Virus record (IMG/VR): IMGVR_UViG_3300042460_000724
Coordinates: 32,001-96,000 of that record
Source of the DNA: a virus
Reading direction: 5' to 3' (one strand)
Length of the DNA: 64,000 nucleotides
Shown: positions 1-9,139 of the stretch, piece after piece
How positions within the stretch are numbered: position 1 is the stretch's first letter
How the letters are laid out: every line of letters begins with the position of its first letter
Made by a program: the position numbers and the translations under genes
The notes under the pieces: generated by a model
What the model was told of the DNA's origin: nothing
Database searches by the model: none
What the model saw: only the letters and a program-made list of their open reading frames with translations

Positions 1-32
1 TAAATATATTTATCTTGAAAAGTATCTACCCA

Positions 33-638
33 ATGAAAATAGTACGTTATAGTGATTTAGCTGATGATGCTGAGTTTTTTAATTTTTTAAAAACACAATC
101 ACTTGAGGTAGATCAACCTGCAAGCGTAAACCTTTGGACAGAAGATTGGGAAACAAATGTAAGTACTCTACCTTACATATTAAATAATACCAAACGATTC
201 GACGGTACTAACGGCGAGTTTTATATACTATACGAGAATGATTTAATCATAGCGTGTGGCGGAGTGTATATTAGTGATTTCAGTAAGGATATTGCAATTG
301 CAGGTGTTCGTACTTGGGTTAGTAAAAATTATCGGCATTTAGCGTTAAACAAAGACTATCTATTAGTAGAACATAAAAAATGGGCTATGAATAAGAATAT
401 AAAAATGATAGCTCTTTCATTCAATGAATATAACAAGAATATTATCCAAATTTTCAAACGTAATAGATTAGGTGAGAAGCCAGGAAGAATCAACAGTCGA
501 GAACCTCATAATATATTTTATAGTGGTCTGCATGAAGTTAACTTTCCAGTAACTATACAATATACTCGACAATGGATAATATACGAAAAAATTGACAATA
601 CATTTAACTTTGATTGGTCAAAACTAATGAAAGTATAA
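33..638 (+). CDS. Hypothetical protein, GNAT-like fold
   Basis: ORF 15..638, ATG at 33 preferred; 'IIACGGVY...RTWVSKNYRH' resembles GNAT motif A; TAAATA at 1-6. Confidence 0.45.
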   Translation: MKIVRYSDLADDAEFFNFLKTQSLEVDQPASVNLWTEDWETNVSTLPYILNNTKRFDGTNGEFYILYENDLIIACGGVYISDFSKDIAIAGVRTWVSKNYRHLALNKDYLLVEHKKWAMNKNIKMIALSFNEYNKNIIQIFKRNRLGEKPGRINSREPHNIFYSGLHEVNFPVTIQYTRQWIIYEKIDNTFNFDWSKLMKV

Positions 639-639
639 A

Positions 640-1200
640 ATGACAGCAATGAAGTATCATCATCTTTTAGATTTACCAACATCTTATTTTATTAAAGATT
701 TTAATGTAATACCTGAACTACCAGAAAATAAAGAATTTCATGTATCTAGGTGTGATCCTAAACTTTATTTGCAAGATAACATATACAAAAAACTATCAGA
801 ATTAGGAACATTGTATAGTCTAGTATTTTCTATGATTCCGGGAGCAGATAAAAAAAGTATTCATATAGATTTAGATGCCTCTACACTAGAACCATATTGG
901 CCTAGTCTTAATATTATAATTAACGGTCAGGGTGTTATGAGATGGTTTAATCCAGCTGCCATCGGAGTTACTTTAAAAAACAACAATGCAGGAGTGTTTT
1001 ATAAAGCATGGTTTAATAATTACGGAGAACCAATTGATGAATGGAATCACGGAAAAGTAGCATTAGTACGAACTGACACTCCGCATCAGGCTTGGAATTT
1101 TGACAATGATATTAGAAGAATAGTAACTATTCGTTGGAGTAATAGGAGATCATGGGAAGAAACTATTGATTGGTTTAATAGAAACTTCCCTGATAGTTAA
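640..1200 (+). CDS. Hypothetical protein, possible cupin/2OG-Fe(II) oxygenase-like
   Basis: HxD ('IHID') plus distal 'VRTDTPH' His; stop shares TTAA with the convergent ahpD stop. Confidence 0.4.
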   Translation: MTAMKYHHLLDLPTSYFIKDFNVIPELPENKEFHVSRCDPKLYLQDNIYKKLSELGTLYSLVFSMIPGADKKSIHIDLDASTLEPYWPSLNIIINGQGVMRWFNPAAIGVTLKNNNAGVFYKAWFNNYGEPIDEWNHGKVALVRTDTPHQAWNFDNDIRRIVTIRWSNRRSWEETIDWFNRNFPDS

Positions 1201-1736
1201 ATAGAAACTTTACCTATAGAATTAACAACCGCCGCAATGCGACCAATTGCCATTAATTCTTGAGTAGTCATTCCTTCTTTTTTTAGTGTATCATAATGTG
1301 CTTTTACACAGAAATGACATTTACCAATGATACTTGCGGCTAATGAATACATTTCAAATTTCTTCTTAGATACACCACCGTGTGTAGCATACGCATTCAT
1401 ACGCAAGCCAGCTGGTAAACCCTTCATGCCTTCATCTCCTGCCATCTCAACGAATGGGTACCATACGTTGTTTTGACCCATGAGACTTGCGGCTGTCTTT
1501 GCGGCTTCACGCTCTGCTTCATTACTGAACAATGGACTGTTATGTTCAATCTCAAACGCTAAACCACCATTGCCTGCGGCTAATGCTGATACATAAGCAA
1601 TAGCGTGTGTGTCTACTGGATCTAGCCCTGAACGATTAATAACTGCATCAATGTTTAGTTTGATATCTTTAGAGTGATCTGGGATACTATCTTTTACAGA
1701 TTGTACCCAATCACCATTTAAGGTGATTGGATTCAT
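1197..1736 (-). CDS. ahpD: Alkylhydroperoxidase AhpD
   Basis: 'IPDHSKDIKLN', 'MGQNNVWY', 'SIIGKCHFCVKAH' CxxC; follows ahpC. Confidence 0.92.
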   Translation of the reverse strand: MNPITLNGDWVQSVKDSIPDHSKDIKLNIDAVINRSGLDPVDTHAIAYVSALAAGNGGLAFEIEHNSPLFSNEAEREAAKTAASLMGQNNVWYPFVEMAGDEGMKGLPAGLRMNAYATHGGVSKKKFEMYSLAASIIGKCHFCVKAHYDTLKKEGMTTQELMAIGRIAAVVNSIGKVSI

Positions 1737-2320
1737 AGTGTTTCACCACCAATTGGACGACTGCAAGGGCATAGTTCACCGGTTTGCAATGCATCTAATA
1801 CACGCAATGTTTCTTCTGGGCTACGACCAACATCTAAATTATTAACAGTAACGTGTTGAATAACATTATTTGGGTCAACAATGAAGGTTGCTCTCAATGC
1901 CGCTCCTGCAGGTTTGTAAAAGATACCAAGTTGATTTGCTAGACCTTCTGGAAGTTTCTTTGTCCATTTATCTGTTTCTTGATCATAACCTTCGTCTGCT
2001 TCTCTTGCGGTATCAGCAAATTGATTATGACTAATCTTTGCTAAGTCTGGATGTGCTTTTTGCCAAGCTACTTTACAGAACTCATTATCAGTAGAACCTG
2101 TTAGTAATACTGCATCACGATCAGCAAAGTCTTGTGTCAATTTGTCATATGCTACAATTTCTGTTGGGCATACAAATGTAAAGTCTTTTGGATAGTAAAC
2201 GATAATTTTCCATTTACCTGCAAAACTTTCTTCTGTAATTGGGAAGAACGCATCTTCCGGTTGTCCTGGCTTAACACCTGTTATTACAAATTTTTCTAAT
2301 TTATCACCGACTGTTTTCAT
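1733..2320 (-). CDS. ahpC: 2-Cys peroxiredoxin AhpC
   Basis: 'YYPKDFTFVCPTE' peroxidatic motif, 'LRATFIVDP', 'GRSPEETLRVLDALQTGELCPC'; AGGAG RBS. Confidence 0.95.
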   Translation of the reverse strand: MKTVGDKLEKFVITGVKPGQPEDAFFPITEESFAGKWKIIVYYPKDFTFVCPTEIVAYDKLTQDFADRDAVLLTGSTDNEFCKVAWQKAHPDLAKISHNQFADTAREADEGYDQETDKWTKKLPEGLANQLGIFYKPAGAALRATFIVDPNNVIQHVTVNNLDVGRSPEETLRVLDALQTGELCPCSRPIGGETL

Positions 2321-2366
2321 ATTTTCTCCTTGTGTGTAGTCTGTATGAGTATAACATACTCAGTAT

Positions 2367-2374
2367 TATTTATA
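2367..2374 (-). promoter_or_regulatory. T4-type late promoter TATAAATA upstream of ahpC
   Basis: Exact TATAAATA on minus strand in the intergenic gap. Confidence 0.65.
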
Positions 2375-2390
2375 CATTGAAACGGGTACC

Positions 2391-2693
2391 TTATTCTTCA
2401 CTAGATGGTAAGCCGTTACTATGTTTATCTGTAGTTTTCTCTACATCTTGGTACAATCGTTTTTCTTGTGCTGTTAATGTGTCTTTGTGTGTCCTACGAG
2501 GGTTGCCACATAGATAGCACTCTGGATTGCCGCAATCCATAGCGTGATGTTTAGCTAAACGATGAGGTTCTTTTACTGCTTTATCTTTATTAGTCAATCC
2601 GTGTGCTTTTGCTATCTTAACTTGTTTTTTAACTGCTGTTTCGTCCCTATGACGGCGTTGTGAATTTAAAAATTTTGCTAAATCATTGGCCAT
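2391..2693 (-). CDS. Basic hypothetical protein with Cys/His cluster
   Basis: ATG 2693 overlaps the iscU end; 'KHHAMDCGNPECYLCGNPR' possible metal site. Confidence 0.6.
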   Translation of the reverse strand: MANDLAKFLNSQRRHRDETAVKKQVKIAKAHGLTNKDKAVKEPHRLAKHHAMDCGNPECYLCGNPRRTHKDTLTAQEKRLYQDVEKTTDKHSNGLPSSEE

Positions 2694-3079
2694 TATATTT
2701 CTCTCTATAATCATTTACTGCGGCTTTGATGGCGTCTTCGGCAAGGATACTGCAGTGGATTTTGACTGGGGGGAGGCTGAGTTCTTCGGCAATATGGGAG
2801 TTTTTAATTGATGTTGCTTCATCCAATGTTTTACCCTTGACCCAGTCTGTGACAAGACTTGAGCTAGCAATTGCTGACCCGCACCCATATGTTTTAAATT
2901 TGGCATCTGTTATAATTCCTGTTTCTTTATTCACTTTTATTTGGAGTTTCATTACATCTCCAACAACCACACGCCGGGGCTCCTACCATACCAGTCCCAA
3001 CGTGCGTGTCCTCCTTATCAAAAGTTCCCACATTTCGTGGGTTTTCGTAGTGGTCAACTACTTTATCTGAATATGCCAT
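2683..3079 (-). pseudogene. iscU: Fe-S scaffold IscU interrupted by a 7-nt insertion (2962-2968)
   Basis: ATG 3079 gives MAYSDKVVDHYENPRNVGTFDKEDTHVGTGMVGAPAC; 'GDVMKLQIKV...FKTYGCGSAIASSS...LPPVKIHCSILAEDAIKAA' continues in another frame; the first frame stops at 2927. Confidence 0.9.
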
Positions 3080-3668
3080 TATAGTTCTCCAATATACTAT
3101 TAACTATTTCCTCAGATTGAAACGTGTCCCATTTCTTTCTGTTTTCTTCACCTGTTATAAATCTTAAATTACATAGATGTCCTATAATCATAGGATCAAT
3201 TTTAAGTTCATATCCCTGTTTAAAAGGTATGATATGATCCAATTGAATATCTGTTTTCCTTTTGCCAGTAACTGGCATTAGATTTTGCTCTCTAAGTCTA
3301 TATAGAGTCCGGCGTGTTGCTTTATTACATTCTCTCTTGTATTTAACTAACTCATCATTTATTTGTTTTTTAGGTCGTTGAACGTTTAATTTTCCTTCCC
3401 AATTTGGATTTGATGAACCAGTCCATTTTTCTTTTTGTCTTGGATTATCTTTCCCCTTGTTCCATCCATGACCCTTTTTAAGACCTTCTGTGTTTAATTT
3501 AGACTTTTGGTCAGGTGTCATTTTTATACCCTTGTTCCAAGGTATATTGCCTACTCGATTTATCGGGTTTTTGCAAGGAGTTGAACAAAACTCTAAAAAT
3601 CTAGGTTTAGTTATAAACCCAATTCCACAATGCGAGCAACATATTAATAAGCCATATTTATTTTTCAT
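3063..3668 (-). mobile_element. Free-standing HNH homing endonuclease (Zn finger + NUMOD3-like + HNH)
   Basis: CSHC...FCSTPC; PWNKG/GWNKG/NPNW motifs; 'QLDHIIP...NLRFITGEENRKK'; overlaps iscU start by 17 nt. Confidence 0.8.
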
Positions 3669-3673
3669 ATAAC

Positions 3674-3680
3674 TATTTAT
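3674..3680 (-). promoter_or_regulatory. Late promoter-like ATAAATA before HNH gene
   Basis: GATAAATAG about 6 nt upstream of the ATG. Confidence 0.5.
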
Positions 3681-3706
3681 CTAGGTGCGCCCGTTTGTGA
3701 GGATTA

Positions 3707-3823
3707 TCAATCCTTTTTGAACATAGTCAAAATCTTTGTTTGAATGTTCTTTGCAAACTGAGGTTGAGGGAAATTCCAACCAATAAAAGCACCTAGTGCT
3801 AACCAAAATAATGTTTCTAACAT
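3707..3823 (-). CDS. 38-aa membrane peptide (below ORF-track cutoff)
   Basis: Hand translation MLETLFWLALGAFIGWNFPQPQFAKNIQTKILTMFKKD*; AAGGAG RBS upstream. Confidence 0.7.
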   Translation of the reverse strand: MLETLFWLALGAFIGWNFPQPQFAKNIQTKILTMFKKD

Positions 3824-3850
3824 GATATATACTCCTTGTATGTATTGTAT

Positions 3851-4417
3851 TTAGTATGCTTCAGCTTCTTCGTCTACTACTATCCAACCTAACTTTAACA
3901 AATCTTCTCGTATTTCATCAGTTACACAACTTTCTGGTACAAACTTTTTACTTTGTATATATGCTTCTTGCAGTTCCTTAGTAAGGGCACGAAATTCATC
4001 ATCATCTAGTATCTTGGCATCCCTGATACCACTGCAGTACCAGTCAATGTAATCACCCTTGCCTTGCATATCAGCAATAATACCGCCGGCGTGTCTCCAA
4101 CTACAACTCCAACGTTTCTCAGTTAGTATGGGCCACACATCATTTTTAATAAAATCATTGTTACACATTGAGGCATACAAATGTTGTGCATAAACATCGT
4201 CTAATTTAGCTTTGTCTACGATCCATTGAGTACTACGAAGGTCATACTCCATGTTGTCTTTTTGCCAGTCGGGATCTACGATATTAGCTTCATCTTGTTC
4301 TTGCCAAGTTTTATACATTTGAATATAGTCGGGATTAGGCTCTTCACCTTTTTCTTCACAACGTTTAATATAACCTTCTTTTTGAAAAGTATTTCTATCT
4401 GGACTACTACTTATCAT
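3851..4417 (-). CDS. Hypothetical phage protein
   Basis: 188-aa ORF coupled to neighbours; 'WSCSWRHAGGIIADMQGKGDYIDWYCSG'. Confidence 0.7.
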   Translation of the reverse strand: MISSSPDRNTFQKEGYIKRCEEKGEEPNPDYIQMYKTWQEQDEANIVDPDWQKDNMEYDLRSTQWIVDKAKLDDVYAQHLYASMCNNDFIKNDVWPILTEKRWSCSWRHAGGIIADMQGKGDYIDWYCSGIRDAKILDDDEFRALTKELQEAYIQSKKFVPESCVTDEIREDLLKLGWIVVDEEAEAY

Positions 4418-4883
4418 CTTCTACCTCTATCCAAGTGTGGTCACCTAACCATTTAACTTTGCAAATATATTCATAGTCAATCGGCTTACCAGCAGACCAA
4501 TCATTAGGTCCATGAATACTTAATCTTGTAAACTGTTTACGTATATCAAAGAGTAACCAATATATGTTACCATTTGATAATTGAAAATCATATTTAGCGG
4601 CGTGAACCATATCAGTCAAATCAAGTCTATGTTTAATCTGTTCAGCTTGCTTTTGTAATACTTCAACCAGTTCCATGATTCTATCATACTCTTGTTTGGC
4701 ATGTAAACGTGCTACATTAAGCATAATGTCTTTATGTTTTTCTACTGGTACTAAATCAAATTTAGGTCCTGAACTTTCAGTAGCATATGGTGTTACGTTG
4801 CGATTAAAGAAATGTATCAACGATCCGGAACTAGTAGAATCATAACTACTGACACCGTTAGCTGAATTTGGTTTTTCAATCAT
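4407..4883 (-). CDS. Hypothetical protein, DUF2452-like
   Basis: 'AKQEYDRIMELVEVLQKQA...AKYDFQ...LSIHGPNDW...DHTW' pattern. Confidence 0.5.
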   Translation of the reverse strand: MIEKPNSANGVSSYDSTSSGSLIHFFNRNVTPYATESSGPKFDLVPVEKHKDIMLNVARLHAKQEYDRIMELVEVLQKQAEQIKHRLDLTDMVHAAKYDFQLSNGNIYWLLFDIRKQFTRLSIHGPNDWSAGKPIDYEYICKVKWLGDHTWIEVEDDK

Positions 4884-4889
4884 TGTATA

Positions 4890-5507
4890 TTATATCTTAT
4901 TTTCATTAGAAGCTACAGTCTTTTGGGAATTTTTTGTCTTCTTATTTTTACTGTAAAAGATATGATTACCGATCTTAGCTACTTGCTTATATGGCCATAA
5001 TGGATCCACTTGCAAGTTATGAAAAAACAATGCTGTTTTTGGCAGTACATCTATATAAGCATCATATGCTAATACTTCATATGCAACACGTTCAGCTTGT
5101 TTATATGTTGGGTTGTTTTGATTAGGTTCCCCTTTACCTTCACAAACCCAACTAAACTGACATAGTTTTACTTTTTGTATTTCATCGTCAACTAACCTAT
5201 CTATCATATTTGATTGATATATAACTGCACAAGGGTTCTTTTCAAAACCGTATGCTATTCTATTCATCACTACCCGTGCTACTGCCGCTTGCCCAATCAA
5301 CGGTTCACCACCTGCTTCATAGAATATATTTTTAGCTAAACATTTTAATTGTTTTGGATCTACTAATTTAGCAACAACTTCAACAACTTTTTCTTCTTGT
5401 TTTTCCTTAGCCAAATTTATATTAGTTGATCCTGCAGTTAATAGACCCATACACAATACTATTATAGTTAGTATTTTTTGAGGGAGGTTGAATTTCCATA
5501 AAAACAT
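4890..5507 (-). CDS. SleB/CwlJ-like cell wall hydrolase (Hydrolase_2)
   Basis: 'CLAKNIFYEAGGE', 'AVARVVMNR', 'CQFSWVC', 'IGNHIFY'; N-terminal hydrophobic anchor; RBS before ATG 5507. Confidence 0.9.
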   Translation of the reverse strand: MFLWKFNLPQKILTIIVLCMGLLTAGSTNINLAKEKQEEKVVEVVAKLVDPKQLKCLAKNIFYEAGGEPLIGQAAVARVVMNRIAYGFEKNPCAVIYQSNMIDRLVDDEIQKVKLCQFSWVCEGKGEPNQNNPTYKQAERVAYEVLAYDAYIDVLPKTALFFHNLQVDPLWPYKQVAKIGNHIFYSKNKKTKNSQKTVASNENKI

Positions 5508-5544
5508 AATGTTTCCTTTCTGCTTATTACTAAGCAATATGGTA

Positions 5545-7047
5545 TTAAATGTTATCCCAACAATCGCAATTACAACGAATTACTTCATCAATTGCTTCTT
5601 GTACAGGATAAGTTGCGGGTAATAATATATCAGAAGTATATATTACTGAAAGTTCAGGACTTATTAAGTTCTGATAACGTGAACCAGCAAAGCTGCCTGG
5701 TTCATTTGCTTGACCGGTATCTATTGCAACACCGTCACTATAATAAAGTTCAGTAGTTGGGTCATAATAACCATATGGATCAGGAGATCCAATGTCAGTT
5801 ATTAATGTTGCCGGTGCACTACCTGCCAATGTACCGTTTGCAATTAACTCTGATTGTTGATTTTTAGTTAATGTATTATCTATGTTGTTATCTAATGGAA
5901 TACCAGCTTCTTGTAATCTAGCTTGATTACGTGCTTGACGTAACATTGCTACTATACTTCTTCCGCCGACCGTATTATAATTTGCAATAGCTTCTAATGT
6001 TTGTGAATACATATTAGGTTGAGTAAACATTGCATAATTAGGTATAGTATCAACAAATGCATATTGAGTGCCAGGATAGCTAGCTATCGTAGGTTCTCTC
6101 TCATAATCAGGAGAACTATTAGGTACACCAATTGCTAATCCTGTTGCAATTGCACGTTGTTCTATTGATAATAATGTTCCAGTGGTATTCCAATTAGTTA
6201 TTAATTGTTGCGCAAGTGCAGGTTGTGCATTTCTGATACTTGCTATCTCTGCATTAGCGGCATCAATATAAGTCTGTACCGTAGTATTCATAGTAGGCCA
6301 ACCACCACCGGGAGGTGCATTAATCACCACAGTGCCGGCTACGCCTGAATAACTTATAGATATAATTCTTCCAAAAGTAGTTATATTATTAGGATCTGTA
6401 CCTATTGTTGCTGTTGCTGGATTGCCACCTACTGTAACTGTTGGTGCAGATGCATATCCACCACCTTTGTTTGTATAAGTAAATGTTGTACCATTCCAAG
6501 TAGCAGTTGCTTGTTCCCAAGTTACTGCTAGATATAAATTTTTATAAATCGTATATAGATTAGTTGTTTCTAATTGCTGAATGAGAGGTGTAATGTTTAT
6601 ACCAAGATAGGGTAATCCACTCATACATCCTAAGAAGTTACTCATCGTATATGTATTATACGGTCCATTGCCTAACGCAATTAACGCTAATCCCTGACTT
6701 GCTAACGTTGTATCAGTAGGAACACTAGAGCCATTGACATTTAATCCCTTAGTTGTTTCTAAACTATTAACTACTTGTGCAAACTTTTCAATTGGTATAC
6801 TTGATATGTTTTTAATCTGTTGCATTGATACACTAAACGAACCGGCAGCTGTAGCAATATCAGGAGGTAATATGCCATCTAAATATGCACCAAATCCTTG
6901 TGGGATAACTTGAATGTTTGTTATGTTTGATTGTGTTGTTCCTGAATCAGGTAATACGTTGGTAGTGGATGTGCCGGTAGTTGCATATGCGCTACTACTA
7001 GGTGCACTTATATCATCTCTTAAATTTTGATTAAAAATGCCTGCCAT
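5545..7047 (-). CDS. Hypothetical, probable virion/baseplate-associated protein
   Basis: 500 aa, 'TNKGGGYASAPTVTV' fibre-type motif, C-terminal CNCDCW; downstream of PAAR. Confidence 0.55.
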   Translation of the reverse strand: MAGIFNQNLRDDISAPSSSAYATTGTSTTNVLPDSGTTQSNITNIQVIPQGFGAYLDGILPPDIATAAGSFSVSMQQIKNISSIPIEKFAQVVNSLETTKGLNVNGSSVPTDTTLASQGLALIALGNGPYNTYTMSNFLGCMSGLPYLGINITPLIQQLETTNLYTIYKNLYLAVTWEQATATWNGTTFTYTNKGGGYASAPTVTVGGNPATATIGTDPNNITTFGRIISISYSGVAGTVVINAPPGGGWPTMNTTVQTYIDAANAEIASIRNAQPALAQQLITNWNTTGTLLSIEQRAIATGLAIGVPNSSPDYEREPTIASYPGTQYAFVDTIPNYAMFTQPNMYSQTLEAIANYNTVGGRSIVAMLRQARNQARLQEAGIPLDNNIDNTLTKNQQSELIANGTLAGSAPATLITDIGSPDPYGYYDPTTELYYSDGVAIDTGQANEPGSFAGSRYQNLISPELSVIYTSDILLPATYPVQEAIDEVIRCNCDCWDNI

Positions 7048-8300
7048 TACACTATTCCTTGCGCTGTAGGAGAAGTTAAATTACTATTCAGGCCACCATT
7101 ACTATATATAGGATAATATATCTTACTATTAGCAGGTCCACCTACTGTATTATACACTGGAACTGTTAATGTTGCATAGCTATTTGGGAATAATTTTATG
7201 GGATTGAGTAAATCACACAATGATTCTAACCCTATAGTCTTACAATTTAATGATACTAATATATCTTTTAAATCTTGTCCCAAAATAATACCAAATGCTC
7301 CGTATATTTTACGTTCTTGTTCTTTGGTAACTGGTTGTATGTTACCTAATATTTCTCCCAATTCAGCTACTGTTATGCCACTTGCAATTAATGCAAGACT
7401 TACTGATTTAGTGACTGCATTATTTTGTTGTAACGTTGATAATAAATTACTAGGTAAACCAAATGTTGATATAGATTGTAAATTTATAGCTTTGCCACTA
7501 GCAATTAAATCTTGACCAAATACAGTTGTTGCTATACTTACACCGGCAATATCACCGGTAATTAAGTCATCCATATTACTATAAGTACCATCTAAAAATT
7601 CTTGTGAATTATTTACTGCTAGTATAGTACTATTACTGTATTCAATAAAACTATATGCTGTCATAAACCCAGATAGAAAATCTTTATAGGCTCCACTATC
7701 GGCTGATATTCCGCTGTTGTAATTAAACTCGTTATAACCTTGCAATGCAAATAATCTAGTATAACCCCATCGTGTTACTTCATTAGTGTAATTGTAGTTA
7801 CTTGCCCAATTAGGATAACCAGTCCAATTAAACGTTGACGGAGGACTATTACCTAATGCAGGAATACTATTAGATCCGATAGATATTAAATTATTGTATG
7901 TTGTGCTATCAACTGTATATGACGTAGTGGTAGTTGCTGTGCCTGTACCAGATCCTATACCGGATGCAGTAAATGTCACTCCCACTGTATTACTAGATGC
8001 ACCAATAGCTACAAAGTTAGTAGTACCTATATATGTAATAGTATAACTGGATCCCACAGTAAAGTTTCCTGCAACAACAGTAACATTTGGTGCGCCTCTA
8101 CTATAAGCATCATTAATAGCATATGTAAGTAATCGTAAACAGGTATCGTTAACAATATTACCCAAGTTGGCAGCAGATGATGTACTAGTACTAGATCCAA
8201 CAAAGTTTACCATTATGGGATTAATATTAAACCCAATATTTTGCAATAATGAGCTTAATGTATTAACACCTAATGGACTTTGTTTAGCTGAATCACTCAT
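7047..8300 (-). CDS. Hypothetical, probable virion protein
   Basis: ATGA overlap with PAAR stop and TAATG overlap with next gene; contains a ~48-aa beta-rich insert. Confidence 0.6.
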   Translation of the reverse strand: MSDSAKQSPLGVNTLSSLLQNIGFNINPIMVNFVGSSTSTSSAANLGNIVNDTCLRLLTYAINDAYSRGAPNVTVVAGNFTVGSSYTITYIGTTNFVAIGASSNTVGVTFTASGIGSGTGTATTTTSYTVDSTTYNNLISIGSNSIPALGNSPPSTFNWTGYPNWASNYNYTNEVTRWGYTRLFALQGYNEFNYNSGISADSGAYKDFLSGFMTAYSFIEYSNSTILAVNNSQEFLDGTYSNMDDLITGDIAGVSIATTVFGQDLIASGKAINLQSISTFGLPSNLLSTLQQNNAVTKSVSLALIASGITVAELGEILGNIQPVTKEQERKIYGAFGIILGQDLKDILVSLNCKTIGLESLCDLLNPIKLFPNSYATLTVPVYNTVGGPANSKIYYPIYSNGGLNSNLTSPTAQGIV

Positions 8301-8590
8301 GGACAAAATACATCAGGACTACCCTGTACGATACTATGACCGCAACTGTTTCCTGATCCTACTCTAAGTACCGGACTACCTTCGGCAAAAACTGTAGGAC
8401 TACCTTCTGTAGTAGTTGCTGCCGCGTGTGGTGGATGGGGGTTGTTTCTTTTTTGTGGCCAAGGAGCGTGTGGAGTGATTTGACTAACGTGTAATCCAAC
8501 AGAAATTCCATTGGCAAACACAGTGCCGGCACCTCTAATGATAGTACCGCCAACTTGATTTGCATCACCTATACGACTTAATTGTGCCAT
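8297..8590 (-). CDS. PAAR-domain spike tip protein (T4 gp5.4-like)
   Basis: 'SRIGD', 'GSPTVFAEGSPVLRVG..SCGHSIVQGSPDVF', His/Cys metal ligands. Confidence 0.88.
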   Translation of the reverse strand: MAQLSRIGDANQVGGTIIRGAGTVFANGISVGLHVSQITPHAPWPQKRNNPHPPHAAATTTEGSPTVFAEGSPVLRVGSGNSCGHSIVQGSPDVFCP

Positions 8591-8591
8591 T

Positions 8592-8897
8592 TTATCCCAA
8601 TACGATTTTTTTACTAGGTACTTTAATACCAGTTGTTGCTTCTAAGTACTTGTCTTTGATGTTATCATCAGTTTCAGCATACATTGCAACACTAGTAGTA
8701 TTTAGCTTAAATTCACCCTTTGGATTTGCAGTAAAAATACTTGGAATCATTTGCATACCCTGTTGTGATGGGGCAATAGATACTGGTTCTTCAATCTGAA
8801 TAAACTCTGAACCTGATTGAATTACCTTTGCAATTAATTCCTCCCCGGAATTAAGCTTAAATGTGTACACTGTATTTGGATGGATTGCTATTTGCAT
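8592..8897 (-). CDS. Small phage protein, Sm/Lsm-like fold
   Basis: 'YTFKLNSGEELIAKV...IEEP' resembles the Sm1 motif. Confidence 0.5.
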   Translation of the reverse strand: MQIAIHPNTVYTFKLNSGEELIAKVIQSGSEFIQIEEPVSIAPSQQGMQMIPSIFTANPKGEFKLNTTSVAMYAETDDNIKDKYLEATTGIKVPSKKIVLG

Positions 8898-9127
8898 TAA
8901 TTACTTTCTGTTAATTTTTGTTTTAGTTCGGTGAAACCACCGATCAGTACACCATCTAAGATGATTTGAGGTACTGTTCTTGCTGATGGAATTTCTTCTA
9001 ATAGTTCTTCTTTTGTATACCCGTCTCCGATTTTCTTTTCTTCAAATTGGATACCTTTTTGATTTAACAATGCCTTTGCTTGGTCGCAGTAAGGGCAGTG
9101 ATATTTACTCCATACGATTGCTTTCAT
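8897..9127 (-). CDS. grx: Glutaredoxin
   Basis: CPYC, TVPQI, IGGF; follows nrdB. Confidence 0.93.
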   Translation of the reverse strand: MKAIVWSKYHCPYCDQAKALLNQKGIQFEEKKIGDGYTKEELLEEIPSARTVPQIILDGVLIGGFTELKQKLTESN

Positions 9128-9139
9128 TTTTTATTCTCC

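Noticed and set aside
2962-2968. Self-splicing intron in iscU
   Set aside because: Seven nt cannot hold a ribozyme, and the HNH lies outside the gene.
2726-3070. 114-aa plus-strand ORF crossing the iscU lesion
   Set aside because: Antisense to a conserved gene, with no motif or RBS.
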